From contig JAPKHT010000009.1 of NCBI GenBank assembly GCA_026646655.1, positions 10,518-74,517 of the forward strand: DNA of 64,000 bases, written 5' to 3'. A program made the position numbers and the translations under genes. This DNA is from Verrucomicrobiia bacterium (lineage in GTDB: Bacteria; Verrucomicrobiota; Verrucomicrobiia; JADLBR01). The notes under the pieces were generated by a model that worked only from the letters and a program-made list of their open reading frames with translations, searched no databases and had not been told where the DNA came from. The first letter of the stretch is position 1. Each line of letters opens with the position of its first letter. Shown here in pieces: positions 18,754 through 28,905 of the stretch.

Positions 18754-20862
18754 ATGCCAGACCTCCTCCGCCGAGTCCCTTGGGCCACTATCGCCGCCGC
18801 ACTCGCCCTGGGCCTCGCGGGCCACGCGCCCCCGGCGCGTGCCGAGGTCCCGGCGGGCGAACTGATCCGCCGCGCCGGCAACGCCGAGGACGAGAGAGAG
18901 CGCCTGCGATTGCTCCGCGAAATCGCCGGGCGGGAGGAGGGCGCGGCGCGGCGCGCCGAACTCGAGGCCCTGATGCCGGTGGTCGAGGCCTGGGCCGACG
19001 GCAGGGCGCGGGCGCAGGGCGATCCGAAGCGCGCCGCGGAGAACGGCTACCTGTGCTGGTTTATCTCCTCGAAGGTCAAGCCCGCCGCCGAAGGAACCGT
19101 CGTGCCCCCCGAGCCGGCATCGGATTCGCCGCTGCACCCGATCTGGGCGATGTACCGGGGCCGGATGCTGATCTGGCGCGTGGTCCAGGTCGGCCCGCTG
19201 CGGCGCGTCCCCGAGCGCTGCGACGCGTACTACGGCGAGGCGCGGAAACTGCTCGAGGAGGCGCGGCGCGCCTTCCCCGACAACCGCGTGATCCGGATGT
19301 ACCTGGGCGAACCCATCCCTTGGCCGAGCCCTTTCGAGCCCGATCCGGCGGCACCCGAGTGGGCCAACCTCCAGCGCGAGGGATTGGAGAAACTCGCCGA
19401 CGTCATCCACTGGTGGGCCGAAGAGCGGCAGCTGGAGGACGGGCAATTCGGCGGCGGCTGGGGCGACGATGTCGAGATGTGGCGCTGGTGGACGCCCATC
19501 CTGATCGGCTTTCAGGATCCCGTGGCCGAGGCGGCCCAGGAGAAGATCTCCAACGGCATTTTCGCGCAGCCCCATCTCAAGGACGGCTTCACCTCGCGCG
19601 TCACCGATGTCGAGCACTCGAACGAGGACACCACCGACACGATCCTGCCGATGATGCACCTCGAGCCCGACGACCCCCTGTGGCGCGCGAGGGCCACGCG
19701 GCTCGCCGACCTGATGCGCGACCGCTGGACCGGGCGCAACAAGCGCGGCTTCCTCCACTTCCGCTCCATCTACTTCAGCGTCGACACCGTCGATGAATCC
19801 CCCTCCCACGCATTCGACACCGCCTACCACGCGTCCATCGTCCAGCCCGCGCTCCTGTGCTGGCAGCGCACCGCCGACCCCGGGCTCGGTTCGCTGTTCG
19901 CGGATTGGCTCAAGGGATGGGTCGACGCGACGGCGCGCGAGGACAACGGCAAGCCTTCCGGCGTGCTGCCATCGACGATCCGTTGGCCCGACGGCGGGAT
20001 CGGATTTGCCGGAAAACCGTGGTGGGAGCCGTTCCCCCTGTCCCACAACGACGCGCTCTACAACTGGCCCGGCGCCTCGGGCCTCATGACCTCGACCCTC
20101 CTCCTCGCGTTCCACATGACGGGCGACGCGAGCTACCTGCAGCCGATCCGCTCGATGGCCGCCATCCGCGCGAGGCACCGGCACGACCCCGGCGAACCCA
20201 AGGGCTCCGCCCCGTGGTGCGCGCGGCAGATGCGCGGATTCCTCTCCGACACGCTCGCGAAATACAGGGTCCTCACCGGCGACGACCAGTTCGACGAGCT
20301 CCTCGCCGCCGACGCCTCGGGATACATGAAGTTCCGCCTCGGGGGCGATGCCAAGCCGCTCATCTCGGACCTGCGGCGCAACGCGGAGGCATTCCGGTCC
20401 AACCGCGAGGCCTTCACCAGCGAGATGCGATGGACCGACCGCGTCATGGGCTTCTCAAGCTACTACCTCGAGTGGCTCGGCAAGTCGGCGCCGCCTTCGC
20501 CATTCCCATATGCCCTGTACGCCTCGGCCACCGGCGACCCGGGAACCCCGCTGCTCTTCCCGATGAACGCCGTCCGCTGGCTCACGCCGCCCCGCGAGAT
20601 CGCCGCCCTCGTCACCGCCAGCGGACCCGCGCACTTCGCCGCCGAACTGTTCCATTTCGGCAAGGCCCCGCGCGAGATGGCCGCCGAGATATATATCCTG
20701 CGCGGCGGCGCCTACGAAATGACCCTCGCCCCGGCAGGCGGCGGAGAACCCTGGCTCAGGAAGGCGGTCCGCGTCTCCGGGCCGCGCACCCGCGTCTCCC
20801 TCCAGTTGCCCCCGGGCAAGCTGGCATCCCTCTCGCTGCGGCCAGCCGCGGACCCGCGCTGA
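18754..20862 (+). CDS. secreted hypothetical protein (possibly alpha/alpha-barrel enzyme)
   Basis: Long ORF with typical codon usage; signal peptide ending PPARA; Trp/Asp-rich motif QLEDGQFGGGWGDDVEMWRWW. Start could be 18742 or 18754. Confidence 0.75.
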   Translation: MPDLLRRVPWATIAAALALGLAGHAPPARAEVPAGELIRRAGNAEDERERLRLLREIAGREEGAARRAELEALMPVVEAWADGRARAQGDPKRAAENGYLCWFISSKVKPAAEGTVVPPEPASDSPLHPIWAMYRGRMLIWRVVQVGPLRRVPERCDAYYGEARKLLEEARRAFPDNRVIRMYLGEPIPWPSPFEPDPAAPEWANLQREGLEKLADVIHWWAEERQLEDGQFGGGWGDDVEMWRWWTPILIGFQDPVAEAAQEKISNGIFAQPHLKDGFTSRVTDVEHSNEDTTDTILPMMHLEPDDPLWRARATRLADLMRDRWTGRNKRGFLHFRSIYFSVDTVDESPSHAFDTAYHASIVQPALLCWQRTADPGLGSLFADWLKGWVDATAREDNGKPSGVLPSTIRWPDGGIGFAGKPWWEPFPLSHNDALYNWPGASGLMTSTLLLAFHMTGDASYLQPIRSMAAIRARHRHDPGEPKGSAPWCARQMRGFLSDTLAKYRVLTGDDQFDELLAADASGYMKFRLGGDAKPLISDLRRNAEAFRSNREAFTSEMRWTDRVMGFSSYYLEWLGKSAPPSPFPYALYASATGDPGTPLLFPMNAVRWLTPPREIAALVTASGPAHFAAELFHFGKAPREMAAEIYILRGGAYEMTLAPAGGGEPWLRKAVRVSGPRTRVSLQLPPGKLASLSLRPAADPR

Positions 20863-20870
20863 AAATCCTG

Positions 20871-20898
20871 TTGATCGAGGGCCCCCGCGCCCTACAAT
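20871..20898 (+). promoter_or_regulatory. putative sigma70 promoter
   Basis: TTGATC-N16-TACAAT in an AT-rich gap, followed by RBS AAGGAG before ATG 20945. Confidence 0.55.
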
Positions 20899-20944
20899 TT
20901 ATAAGTTGGCAATCGTGCCGATCGATTAGGGGAAGGAGACAACC

Positions 20945-21535
20945 ATGCACCATGTGTTTCGTGCCGTCGCGCGATCATTCGTATTCGCTGCCCTCGCGAC
21001 CGTCTGCTTTTCGTCGGAGGCGGCCCAGGCCAAGTTGCCAAGGCTGAGGATCGCGGGTGTCGTCCGCGATCGGGACAAGAAATTCACGGGGACTGACTAC
21101 GACAACGCGGAGCAGCATCTTGTTTTCAGGATCAAGGTCGCCAACGAGGACTTTCAGGATCACGTCGGCCTGAAACTCAAATTCATCGTGATCGGCGAGT
21201 GCTTCCACCACGAGCACAAGAACGGCACCCTGTTCACCGTGCTCAGGAGCTACGAGCTGCCGTTCGACATCCCGAAATCCGGCACCGCGGAACTCGTGAC
21301 TCCAGCCTACGTCACGGGCTTCGACACGACGGACGCGAAATGGGGCGCGCGGTACTACGCGCACGCGATCGTCGTCCGGGACAAGGACGGCACCGTCTGT
21401 CTCCAGGACAGCAGCAAGGCCTCCTGGATCAAGGATTACCCCACGGTGGAGGGCCTCGAGCCGAAAAAGGTCTGGGACAAGAATTTCAAGCCCGTCGAGG
21501 TGGATATCTTCTACCGCGACAAAGATCCCGCGTGA
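20945..21535 (+). CDS. secreted hypothetical protein
   Basis: Strong RBS, signal peptide ending AAQA, Lys/Asp-rich beta-type body; no family recognised. Confidence 0.8.
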   Translation: MHHVFRAVARSFVFAALATVCFSSEAAQAKLPRLRIAGVVRDRDKKFTGTDYDNAEQHLVFRIKVANEDFQDHVGLKLKFIVIGECFHHEHKNGTLFTVLRSYELPFDIPKSGTAELVTPAYVTGFDTTDAKWGARYYAHAIVVRDKDGTVCLQDSSKASWIKDYPTVEGLEPKKVWDKNFKPVEVDIFYRDKDPA

Positions 21536-21617
21536 CCGGGCAGCGGGCCCACCCTCCGGCCTTGCCGCCCCGCGGGGCATCGGTATGATCGCCGCCATCA
21601 ACCCCAGGAGGTTCCCC

Positions 21618-24317
21618 GTGCGACTGACGCCACTCCCGCTGATCACCACCCTGCTGTGCGCGGCGCATTGCGCCGCATCCGCCACGACGATCTGGTGCGA
21701 GGCCGAGCTGTTCCAGGATCGCGGCGGCTGGCTGCACGACGCGCAATTCATCGACCAGATGGGGTCGCCCTTCCTCATGGCCTACGGCCTGGAGGGACCG
21801 TGCCGCGACGCCTCCACAAAGGCCGAGGTGCCCAGGGACGGGAAATATCGTCTCTGGGTCAGGAGCCGGGATTGGCTCCCCGAGTTCAGCCCCGGCCGAT
21901 TCCACGTGCTCCTGGCCGGAAAGCCCGTCGCGAAAATTTTCGGGGAGGGGAAAGGGAAAGGCTGGGTCTGGGAGGACGGCGGCCTGCACGACCTGAAGGC
22001 GGGAACCGTCGAGATCGGCCTGCGCGACATGACGGGCCACTATGGCCGGTGTGACGCGATCGTGCTGACGGACGAGGAGGGCTATCGTCCCCCCGACGAT
22101 ATCGCCGCTCTTGCGGAGGAACGCATCGCGCGGGGTGGCGTCAGCCGCGAGATCAAGACCGAGGGGCCTTTTGACACCGTGGTCGTCGGGGGCGGGCTCG
22201 CGGGCACCTTTGCCGCCGTGGCCTCGGCGCGCCTCGGCTGCAAGACCGCGCTGATCCAGAACCGCCCCGTCCTCGGCGGCAACACCAGCGACGAGATCCT
22301 CGTCGAACCGCAGGGCGACACGACCCGCGAGCCGCTCGACCCGCGGGAGGGCGGTATCATCGAGGAGATACGGGGTCCCGCCGAAGAGTACTCGGAGCGC
22401 ATGCTGGCGCTGTGCCAGCGCGAGCCCAACCTCGCCCTCTTCCTCGACACCCACGCGACGGGCGTCGAGAAGGCCGACCCCAGGCGCATCGCCGCCGTCT
22501 CCGCCCTGTGCACCACCACCAAGCAGCGCCTCCGGTTTCCGGGCCGCATCGTCATCGACTGCACCGGCGACGGCGCGATCGGCGTCTGGGCCGGGGCCGA
22601 GTGGCGCCACGGGCGCGAACCCCGCTCCATGTACAACGAGACGCGCGCCCCCGAGGTCGGCGACGAGCGCACCATGGGCGGCACCCTCCGCTACGCCACC
22701 GAGAAGGCCGACGAGCCCGTCGCCTTCCGCGGGCCGGACTGGGCGCACCGCTTCCTCCGCTGCGAGGACTTCAACACCGGGCGCCACCCGAAGCTCGAGT
22801 TCGGGGGCTGGCAGTGGGTGATCGAGTACGGCGGGCAGCGCAACACCTACACCGAGGCCGAGGAGATCCGCGACGAGCTGCTGCGCATCATCTGGGGCAT
22901 GTGGGACCACGCGAAGAACCACTGCGAGAAACTCGCCAACGAGTCCCCCCTCTATCGGCTCACGTGGGTCAGCCACGTCGTCGGCAAGCGCGAGTCCCGC
23001 CGCATCATCGGGGATTACGTGATGACCGAGCACGACATCGCCAAACAGACCCTTTTCCCCGACCGGGTCTCCTACGCCGGCTGGGGCATCGACATCCACC
23101 CCCCGGGCGGATTCTATGACACCGAGCCGCCCGCCACATTCTCCCACAAGGTCAAATTCTCCGTACCCTTCCGCAGCCTGTATTCGAAAGACATCGACAA
23201 TCTCATGATGGCGGGCCGCTGCATCTCGGTCAGCCACGCCGCGCTGGGCGCGACGCGCGTCATGATCACCTGCGGCCTCCAGGGCCAGGCGGTCGGCACC
23301 GCGGCCGCCTTGTGCTCTAGGCTCGAGGCCATGCCCCGCGCCATCGGGCAGAAACACATCGCCGCCGTCCAGCAGCAACTGCTCAAGGATGGCTGCTACA
23401 TCATCGACATGCCCAACGAGGACCCCCGCGACCTCGCGCGAACGGCCCGGGCCAGCGCCTCCAGCGTCTCGCCGCCCATCAAGATCGAGCGGCCCAAGGA
23501 AAACGTCCACACCTTCACGTGCGACCGCGCCGTCGCTTTCAAAGTCGACAAGAATCGCATCGGGACCATCGCGCTCTTCCTTCACTCGGAGAACACCGCG
23601 CCCACCCCGACGCGCCTGACGCTGCGCCCCGCCTCCGGGGCGTCCGATTTCAGCGGCACCGCGGATCTCGCGTCGGCGGAGGCCACCGTCCCCCCGCGCA
23701 GCAAGGGCTGGGTCACCTTCAATCTCAACGCCGACGTCAAACCCGGCTATTACTACGCGTGGCTGCCCAAGAGAGCCGGCCTCGCCTGGGCGCTGACCGA
23801 CGAGTTCGTCCCAGACACCGCCCGCGCCTACGGGTCGGCCAAGGAGGGATGGCACCCCTCGGGCGAAACCTATGCCTTCAAGATCGATGCGGCCGTCGCG
23901 CCCGCCGTCGCCGATTCGCTGGAGGCCGCGCCGCCCCCGCCCGCCGACATGTTCGCGCCGTCGAACGCCATCAATGGGTTTGCGCGGGCCATCCGGGGCA
24001 CCCCCAACTCGTGGCGCCCAGACCCCAAGGCCGCGGCACCCCACTGGCTGGAACTCGATTTCGGCAAGGCCGTCACCTTCGATATCGCCCACGTCAGTTT
24101 CCAGACAAAGGAACTGCGCGCCAACGGCTTCCGCCTCGAGGCCTCGCGCGGCGAAACCTGGGAATCCCTCGCCGAAATTCGCGGCAACGCCGAACGCCGC
24201 CGCGTCATCACATTCCCACCGGCCACCGCCCACAAGCTCCGCCTCGTCATCCTCGACGCCGAACCCAACATGGGCGTCTGCGAGATCCGCGTCTACGACG
24301 AGCGAAACGGTCGCTGA
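21618..24317 (+). CDS. secreted FAD-dependent oxidoreductase with C-terminal F5/8 type C (discoidin-like) domain
   Basis: AGGAGG RBS then GTG 21618; VVVGGGLAG, IQNRPVLGGN, IDCTGDG, GKRESRRIIGDY, NLMMAGRCIS.SH.ALGATRVM; C-terminal SNAING...HWLELDFGK...EIRVY. Confidence 0.88.
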   Translation: MRLTPLPLITTLLCAAHCAASATTIWCEAELFQDRGGWLHDAQFIDQMGSPFLMAYGLEGPCRDASTKAEVPRDGKYRLWVRSRDWLPEFSPGRFHVLLAGKPVAKIFGEGKGKGWVWEDGGLHDLKAGTVEIGLRDMTGHYGRCDAIVLTDEEGYRPPDDIAALAEERIARGGVSREIKTEGPFDTVVVGGGLAGTFAAVASARLGCKTALIQNRPVLGGNTSDEILVEPQGDTTREPLDPREGGIIEEIRGPAEEYSERMLALCQREPNLALFLDTHATGVEKADPRRIAAVSALCTTTKQRLRFPGRIVIDCTGDGAIGVWAGAEWRHGREPRSMYNETRAPEVGDERTMGGTLRYATEKADEPVAFRGPDWAHRFLRCEDFNTGRHPKLEFGGWQWVIEYGGQRNTYTEAEEIRDELLRIIWGMWDHAKNHCEKLANESPLYRLTWVSHVVGKRESRRIIGDYVMTEHDIAKQTLFPDRVSYAGWGIDIHPPGGFYDTEPPATFSHKVKFSVPFRSLYSKDIDNLMMAGRCISVSHAALGATRVMITCGLQGQAVGTAAALCSRLEAMPRAIGQKHIAAVQQQLLKDGCYIIDMPNEDPRDLARTARASASSVSPPIKIERPKENVHTFTCDRAVAFKVDKNRIGTIALFLHSENTAPTPTRLTLRPASGASDFSGTADLASAEATVPPRSKGWVTFNLNADVKPGYYYAWLPKRAGLAWALTDEFVPDTARAYGSAKEGWHPSGETYAFKIDAAVAPAVADSLEAAPPPPADMFAPSNAINGFARAIRGTPNSWRPDPKAAAPHWLELDFGKAVTFDIAHVSFQTKELRANGFRLEASRGETWESLAEIRGNAERRRVITFPPATAHKLRLVILDAEPNMGVCEIRVYDERNGR

Positions 24318-24430
24318 CTCGAAAATTGCCGCATCGCTTCCCGTAGCCGAACGCGTAAGCGTTTGGCCGCCAGCCGCCCGAGGCAATCGGCTGCCCCGTC
24401 CGCGCCGGTGGTGCCCGGCGACCCCCGCAT
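24318..24430 (+). repeat. REP-like repeat module A
   Basis: Begins TGA|CTCGAAAATTGCCGCATCGCTTCCC, then GTAG plus hairpin CCGAACGC-GTAA-GCGTTTGG. Confidence 0.8.
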
Positions 24431-24533
24431 GTCCGGTTTTGCAAATTCCCGAAACTGGGCTAAGGGGTCGGTTAACCAATTGACTGGGTCCGATCGTTTG
24501 GATCGCGCCCCGTTCGGAGGAGAATAGGTCGCC

Positions 24534-25700
24534 ATGGCTAAGGAACTCGCATTCGCGCTCATCAACCCATACACATTGCGCAAGTCCCGGACGGGCGGCG
24601 TGATCAGCCGGCTCATCATGCGCACGGGCCTGGACCTGGTCGCCGCGAGGATCTTCTGCCCGAATCAGGAGCTGGCCACCCGGTACGCGACGATGCTGCG
24701 GGGCGACGACGACGTGGAACCGGGCACGCGGGACATCTTGGCGGACTACGTGCTGCGGGCCTATTCGCCCGATCCGAAGACGGGGCGCGGCCACCGGGTG
24801 ATGATGCTGCTCTTCGAGGGCGAGGACGCGATCCGCAAGGTGGCCCACGCCGCGGGGAGCCTGACGCAGTGCATGGGCTCCGGCGAGACCGTGAGGGACA
24901 CGTACGGCGACTACGTGGTCAACGACCTCGGCCAGCTGATCTACGTCGAGCCCGCCGTCCTCATCGGGCCCACGCGGGCCTCCGTGAAAAGGGCGCTGTC
25001 GCTCTGGTGCGAGTTCACCGACAGCTGCGGCGGCCTAGCCGACTTCTCCGGGGACATCTTCGCCGACCCCTCGCGCGTCCAGAAGACACTCGTGCTCATC
25101 AAGCCGGACAATTTCCGGTTCCCGAGCAGCAGGCCCGGCAACATCATCGACATCTTCTCGCGGGCCGCGCTGCGCATCATCGGCGTCCAGGTCCACCGCA
25201 TGAGCGTGGCCGAGGCGCTCGACTTCTACGGCCCCGTCCAGAAGGTCCTCCAGGAAAAATTCCGCGACAAGGCGGCCGATGTCGGGTGCAAGGCACTGGG
25301 CGAGGCGCTGGGATTCGCGCTCCCGCCCCAGATCCACGACCTGCTCTCCGAGAAACTCGGCCCCCTCTACGGCGACATCCAGTTCTACCGCATCGTGCAG
25401 TTCATGACCGGCCTCTGGGTGCCCGATATCAAGAAGGCGGATTACGCCAACGAGGGCGGGCAGCGCTGCCTCGCGATCGTCTACAAGGGCGAGGATGCCG
25501 TCAGCAAGATCCGCAGCATCCTCGGCCCGACCGACCCGACCAAGGCCGAGCCCGGATCCGTCCGGCGTGAGTACGGCCAGGACATCATGGTCAATGCGGC
25601 CCATGCCTCCGATTCGCCCGAGAACGCCGAGCGCGAAATGAACATCCTGAAATTGGGACGGGACAAGATCCGGCAGTGGTACGAGAAGCACTACGCCTGA
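24534..25700 (+). CDS. ndk: nucleoside-diphosphate kinase, tandem two-domain form
   Basis: C-domain KTLVLIKPD, ILGPTDP..AEPGSVRREYG, NAAHASDS (catalytic His). N-domain ELAFALINP..G.VISR is homologous. GGAGGAG RBS. Confidence 0.9.
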   Translation: MAKELAFALINPYTLRKSRTGGVISRLIMRTGLDLVAARIFCPNQELATRYATMLRGDDDVEPGTRDILADYVLRAYSPDPKTGRGHRVMMLLFEGEDAIRKVAHAAGSLTQCMGSGETVRDTYGDYVVNDLGQLIYVEPAVLIGPTRASVKRALSLWCEFTDSCGGLADFSGDIFADPSRVQKTLVLIKPDNFRFPSSRPGNIIDIFSRAALRIIGVQVHRMSVAEALDFYGPVQKVLQEKFRDKAADVGCKALGEALGFALPPQIHDLLSEKLGPLYGDIQFYRIVQFMTGLWVPDIKKADYANEGGQRCLAIVYKGEDAVSKIRSILGPTDPTKAEPGSVRREYGQDIMVNAAHASDSPENAEREMNILKLGRDKIRQWYEKHYA

Positions 25701-25802
25701 TTCGAAAATTGCCGCATCGCTTTCCGTAGCCGAACGCGTCAGCGTTTGGCGGCCAATGCCTCACGGCTTCGGCTACACTTTCTGCGCCGGTGGTGCCCCG
25801 TG
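25701..25802 (+). repeat. REP-like repeat module A filling a convergent intergenic gap
   Basis: TGA|TTCGAAAATTGCCGCATCGC..GTAGCCGAACGCGTCAGCGTTTGG...TTCGGCTAC...CCGGTGGTGCCCCG. Confidence 0.85.
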
Positions 25803-26711
25803 CTACGGTGCGGCTATCGCCTCGCCCTGTTGGGCGACCCAGCGCTCCAGCGCATCGACGAGCAGGGGGGCCCGCCGCGCGGCGCCCCTGGCCCCCACCT
25901 CGGTCGAGACCGAGGGCGTGGGATTCACGTCAAGAACCAGCGGCCCCCCGGGCCGGACCACGAAATCGACCTTGCCGAAATCCATGCCGATCCGGCGCCG
26001 GAAATCGCGGACCTCGTCGGGCACGGGCACGGCCTCCCAGCGACGGGGCACGCGATTCGATGCCTTGACGATCGGCTCGGTCGAGAACGAGCACGAGCAG
26101 TGCTCGGCATCGCCGAGGAACGTCCACTTGCGCACCGCGTAGAGGCCGTCGCGCTCCTCGGGCTCAAAGGGCTGGACCACGAGGCGCGGATTGCGAAACG
26201 CCTGCGGGGGCACGTCGCGCAACGAGGCGTAGACCCGATAGTCGCCCGAACTGAGGCACGGCGTCCAACGCCAGAAGGCGGCCTCCGCCCAGCGGCGCGC
26301 CACCGGCGATCGCCGCAGCCGATCCATCATCTCCGCCCAGAGCCGGCGCCCGGGTATCAGCCGGAGCTCGGGCCTGCCGCCGAAATTGAGATCGGCCTTG
26401 AGGATGACCGGACCCCCGAACGCGTCGCGCGGCCCCAGGACCCGCCCCCCGAGCGCGCGCTTGGAGATGTCGCGCAACCCGCGATTGAGCACGAGAGGAT
26501 ACCGCGACAGGAATCGATCGTACTCCCGGGGCCGCACCGTCAGGTCCACGTGCGGGATCATGACGTCCGCGGGCGGGCGCCCGCCGACGCCCCGCAGGAT
26601 CTCGACCGAATGGCCGCGCTCGCGGGCCGCCGACAGCACGAAATGCAGTAGCCACCTGTCCCCGCGCGAGAAGCGGAGATCCCTGGCATGGATCAGGACC
26701 CCAATGCGCAT
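25803..26711 (-). CDS. hypothetical protein, ATP-grasp-like
   Basis: LNRGLRDISKR, PVILKADLNFGG, LVVQPF, MDFGKVDFVV..G.PLVLDVNPTP resemble ATP-grasp motifs. Start ATG 26711. Confidence 0.7.
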   Translation of the reverse strand: MRIGVLIHARDLRFSRGDRWLLHFVLSAARERGHSVEILRGVGGRPPADVMIPHVDLTVRPREYDRFLSRYPLVLNRGLRDISKRALGGRVLGPRDAFGGPVILKADLNFGGRPELRLIPGRRLWAEMMDRLRRSPVARRWAEAAFWRWTPCLSSGDYRVYASLRDVPPQAFRNPRLVVQPFEPEERDGLYAVRKWTFLGDAEHCSCSFSTEPIVKASNRVPRRWEAVPVPDEVRDFRRRIGMDFGKVDFVVRPGGPLVLDVNPTPSVSTEVGARGAARRAPLLVDALERWVAQQGEAIAAP

Positions 26712-26822
26712 CGCATTCAACGGGCGCCTTCCCCCGGGTGGCGCAAAGCGGCCACCCTGCAGGCGCCCCTGCACTTCTAGGCTTGCCACCGCAACCCGGC
26801 TAGCGCAATCGGTCTGGTCTCC

Positions 26823-28028
26823 ATGGAAGAGGACATCCCGCTGCTTCCGTCGGTGCCCCCCCTCGAGGCCATTTACGGGGACCGGGCCTACCTCTGCCCA
26901 AAGCTCTCATTCGTGCCCCGCGGATGGAACCGGGGCGACCGCTGGTACGGCGACATGCTGACCGGGCGCTTTGCCACCGCCCCCGGCAACGCGCCGCGCC
27001 TGGTCGCCGCCGCCGCGGTGACCCCGTCCGTCGCCCGGTGGTTTGGGCTCGCGGGCCTCCCCCTCCACGAGGATTGCGACCGGTACGCCGATCAGGCGGA
27101 CCACACCGAGCACCTGCGCGCCGCCATCGCGCGAGGGTTGCGCATCGCCGGCCAATTCCCGCTCCACGAGGACCACTGGGCTTTCCCCCATGCGCTCAAC
27201 GCCGCGGATCTGCTCATCCGCCTGGCGGACAAGCGCTCGATCTCCGAATTCGTGCCAGAACCCTTCTGCCCGCGCCGGGAAGTCTTCGAGGGACCCGACT
27301 TTGTCTCCGGCAAGGTGCGCCCGCCCACGCCCTGCGTCGTGAAGATCTCCAGCCGTTTCGCCGCCACCGCGGGCCGCGGGGTCCAGGTGTGCCTGGCGCC
27401 CGAGGACGTGGAGTTCGCGCGGAACGAATTTGGGGCGGCCGAGCGAATCGTCGTCGAAGAGTGGCTGCCCTTCGAGAGGACGTTCTGTTTTCACGGCGCG
27501 GCGTACGGGGACGGGCGGGCCGCGCTGCTTGGCGTCACGGAGCAGATCATCGTCCATCGCTCCCGCTATGGCGGAGGATGGTACGGCCCCGGCGTTGATC
27601 CGCCCGAAACGGCCTGGCGGGCGGCCCGCGCGGTGCTGCGGCGTATCGCGGCCACGGGACTGCAGAGCATCGTCGGGATCGACCTCGGCGTCTTGCCCGA
27701 TGGCTCGGTGCGCGCGTTCGACATCAACCCGCGCATCAACGCGTCCACCTCGGGCCTGTGGATGACGGACTTCCGCCATGAGTTCAGGACGATGCACGGA
27801 TGCATGCACGCCTGGCGCACCGGCCTGTCCTGGGAACAGGCGTCCGCCCTTATCGAGCCCCAGATCAGGGCCGGCCGCTGGCTGCCCCTCGCCGTCCGCG
27901 ATCCGGCCCCGACCTTGGCCCAGGGTCCCGGGCCGATGCTGCTGGGCGTCACGCTGGGCCCATCCCGCGCGGAGGCGATCGCCGCCGCGGAGGACCTCCG
28001 CGCCCGCCTGGGCGCCGAAGTCCCGTGA
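26823..28028 (+). CDS. ATP-grasp domain protein
   Basis: LADKR, PCVVKIS...AGRGVQVC, IVVEEWL, IVGIDLGV...RAFDINPRINAST. Confidence 0.78.
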   Translation: MEEDIPLLPSVPPLEAIYGDRAYLCPKLSFVPRGWNRGDRWYGDMLTGRFATAPGNAPRLVAAAAVTPSVARWFGLAGLPLHEDCDRYADQADHTEHLRAAIARGLRIAGQFPLHEDHWAFPHALNAADLLIRLADKRSISEFVPEPFCPRREVFEGPDFVSGKVRPPTPCVVKISSRFAATAGRGVQVCLAPEDVEFARNEFGAAERIVVEEWLPFERTFCFHGAAYGDGRAALLGVTEQIIVHRSRYGGGWYGPGVDPPETAWRAARAVLRRIAATGLQSIVGIDLGVLPDGSVRAFDINPRINASTSGLWMTDFRHEFRTMHGCMHAWRTGLSWEQASALIEPQIRAGRWLPLAVRDPAPTLAQGPGPMLLGVTLGPSRAEAIAAAEDLRARLGAEVP

Positions 28029-28111
28029 CGGGCGCCGGGGCCACGACCCCGGGGTGCCGCTTCCCGGATCGACTGGCGCGACGCGTGGATCGTGATATAG
28101 AGGGGCTTCGC

Positions 28112-28636
28112 ATGCGCCACTACAACTACCAGCAGCAACTGTTCGACGCCTGGGAGACCGCCGTCAAGGCCTACCGCTCCGGCAAACGCCAGTCCTCCGC
28201 ATTTTTCTCCGGTGCGCAGCAGAAGTTCATCGCCTCCATCGGCGCCACCCCTCAGGAGTTCTACGACTACGCCGAGGATTTCGTGGATGGCGGCGAGCCC
28301 GACTTCACCACCGTCGCGCAGGTCATGGACATCCGCCGCTACTACTTCCTCAAGGTCCAGGGCGGCAGGCGCAGCGCGCTCACGCTCGATCCCGCGACGC
28401 TGCCCGCCAAGACCGCGGCCATCGCCGGCATCCCGTGGCTGCCCCGCATCATCCCGAAGGCCAAGGCAAAACTCCGCGGTGAACTGAGCCCCGACATCAT
28501 GTACGGCTGCGGCGGCGACCGCGGGTTCTTGCGCCAGCACGACATCCACCCCGCCGAGTTCCTCCGCGTCGTCATGGATCACGAGAACGACGACGACGCC
28601 ATCGTCGCCTGGGTCAAGGCCCGCGCCCAGCGGTAG
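28112..28636 (+). CDS. DUF5069-like protein
   Basis: GIPWLPRIIPKAKAKLRGEL..DIMYGCGGDRGFL...I.PAEFL motif. ATG 28112 after GAGGGG. Confidence 0.75.
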   Translation: MRHYNYQQQLFDAWETAVKAYRSGKRQSSAFFSGAQQKFIASIGATPQEFYDYAEDFVDGGEPDFTTVAQVMDIRRYYFLKVQGGRRSALTLDPATLPAKTAAIAGIPWLPRIIPKAKAKLRGELSPDIMYGCGGDRGFLRQHDIHPAEFLRVVMDHENDDDAIVAWVKARAQR

Positions 28637-28817
28637 ATCAAGACGTCGCCCATCTGGCCCCCGGTGGGATCGTCCGGAGGGGCCTTGGTTCCCATGTCTG
28701 GCGCACGTGGCCACTGATTCTCGAGCCAGTCCCGCCGATCCCGCAAGCGGCTGGTGACGGGCGCGTTGCGCGGCGACCCATGGCCCGTCGGCCTCACCAC
28801 CCCTCGCGGATGGGACC

Positions 28818-28842
28818 TTAACATTTTCTCAAACCCTTTGCG
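28818..28842 (+). promoter_or_regulatory. putative KdpE-binding T-rich site upstream of kdp operon
   Basis: TTAACATTTTCTCAAACCCTTTG is an isolated AT-rich tract about 70-90 bp upstream of the first kdp ORF, reminiscent of the T-rich E. coli KdpE box. Confidence 0.4.
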
Positions 28843-28905
28843 GCCCGTCTCAATTGGCGCTGCACCCCGCGATGGCGAAGAGTTGGGCGTGGAGGAAATG
28901 GATAC

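Noticed and set aside
28637-28905. c-di-AMP (ydaO) riboswitch upstream of kdp
   Set aside because: Conserved ydaO motifs and a terminator could not be identified; KdpDE already explains the regulation.
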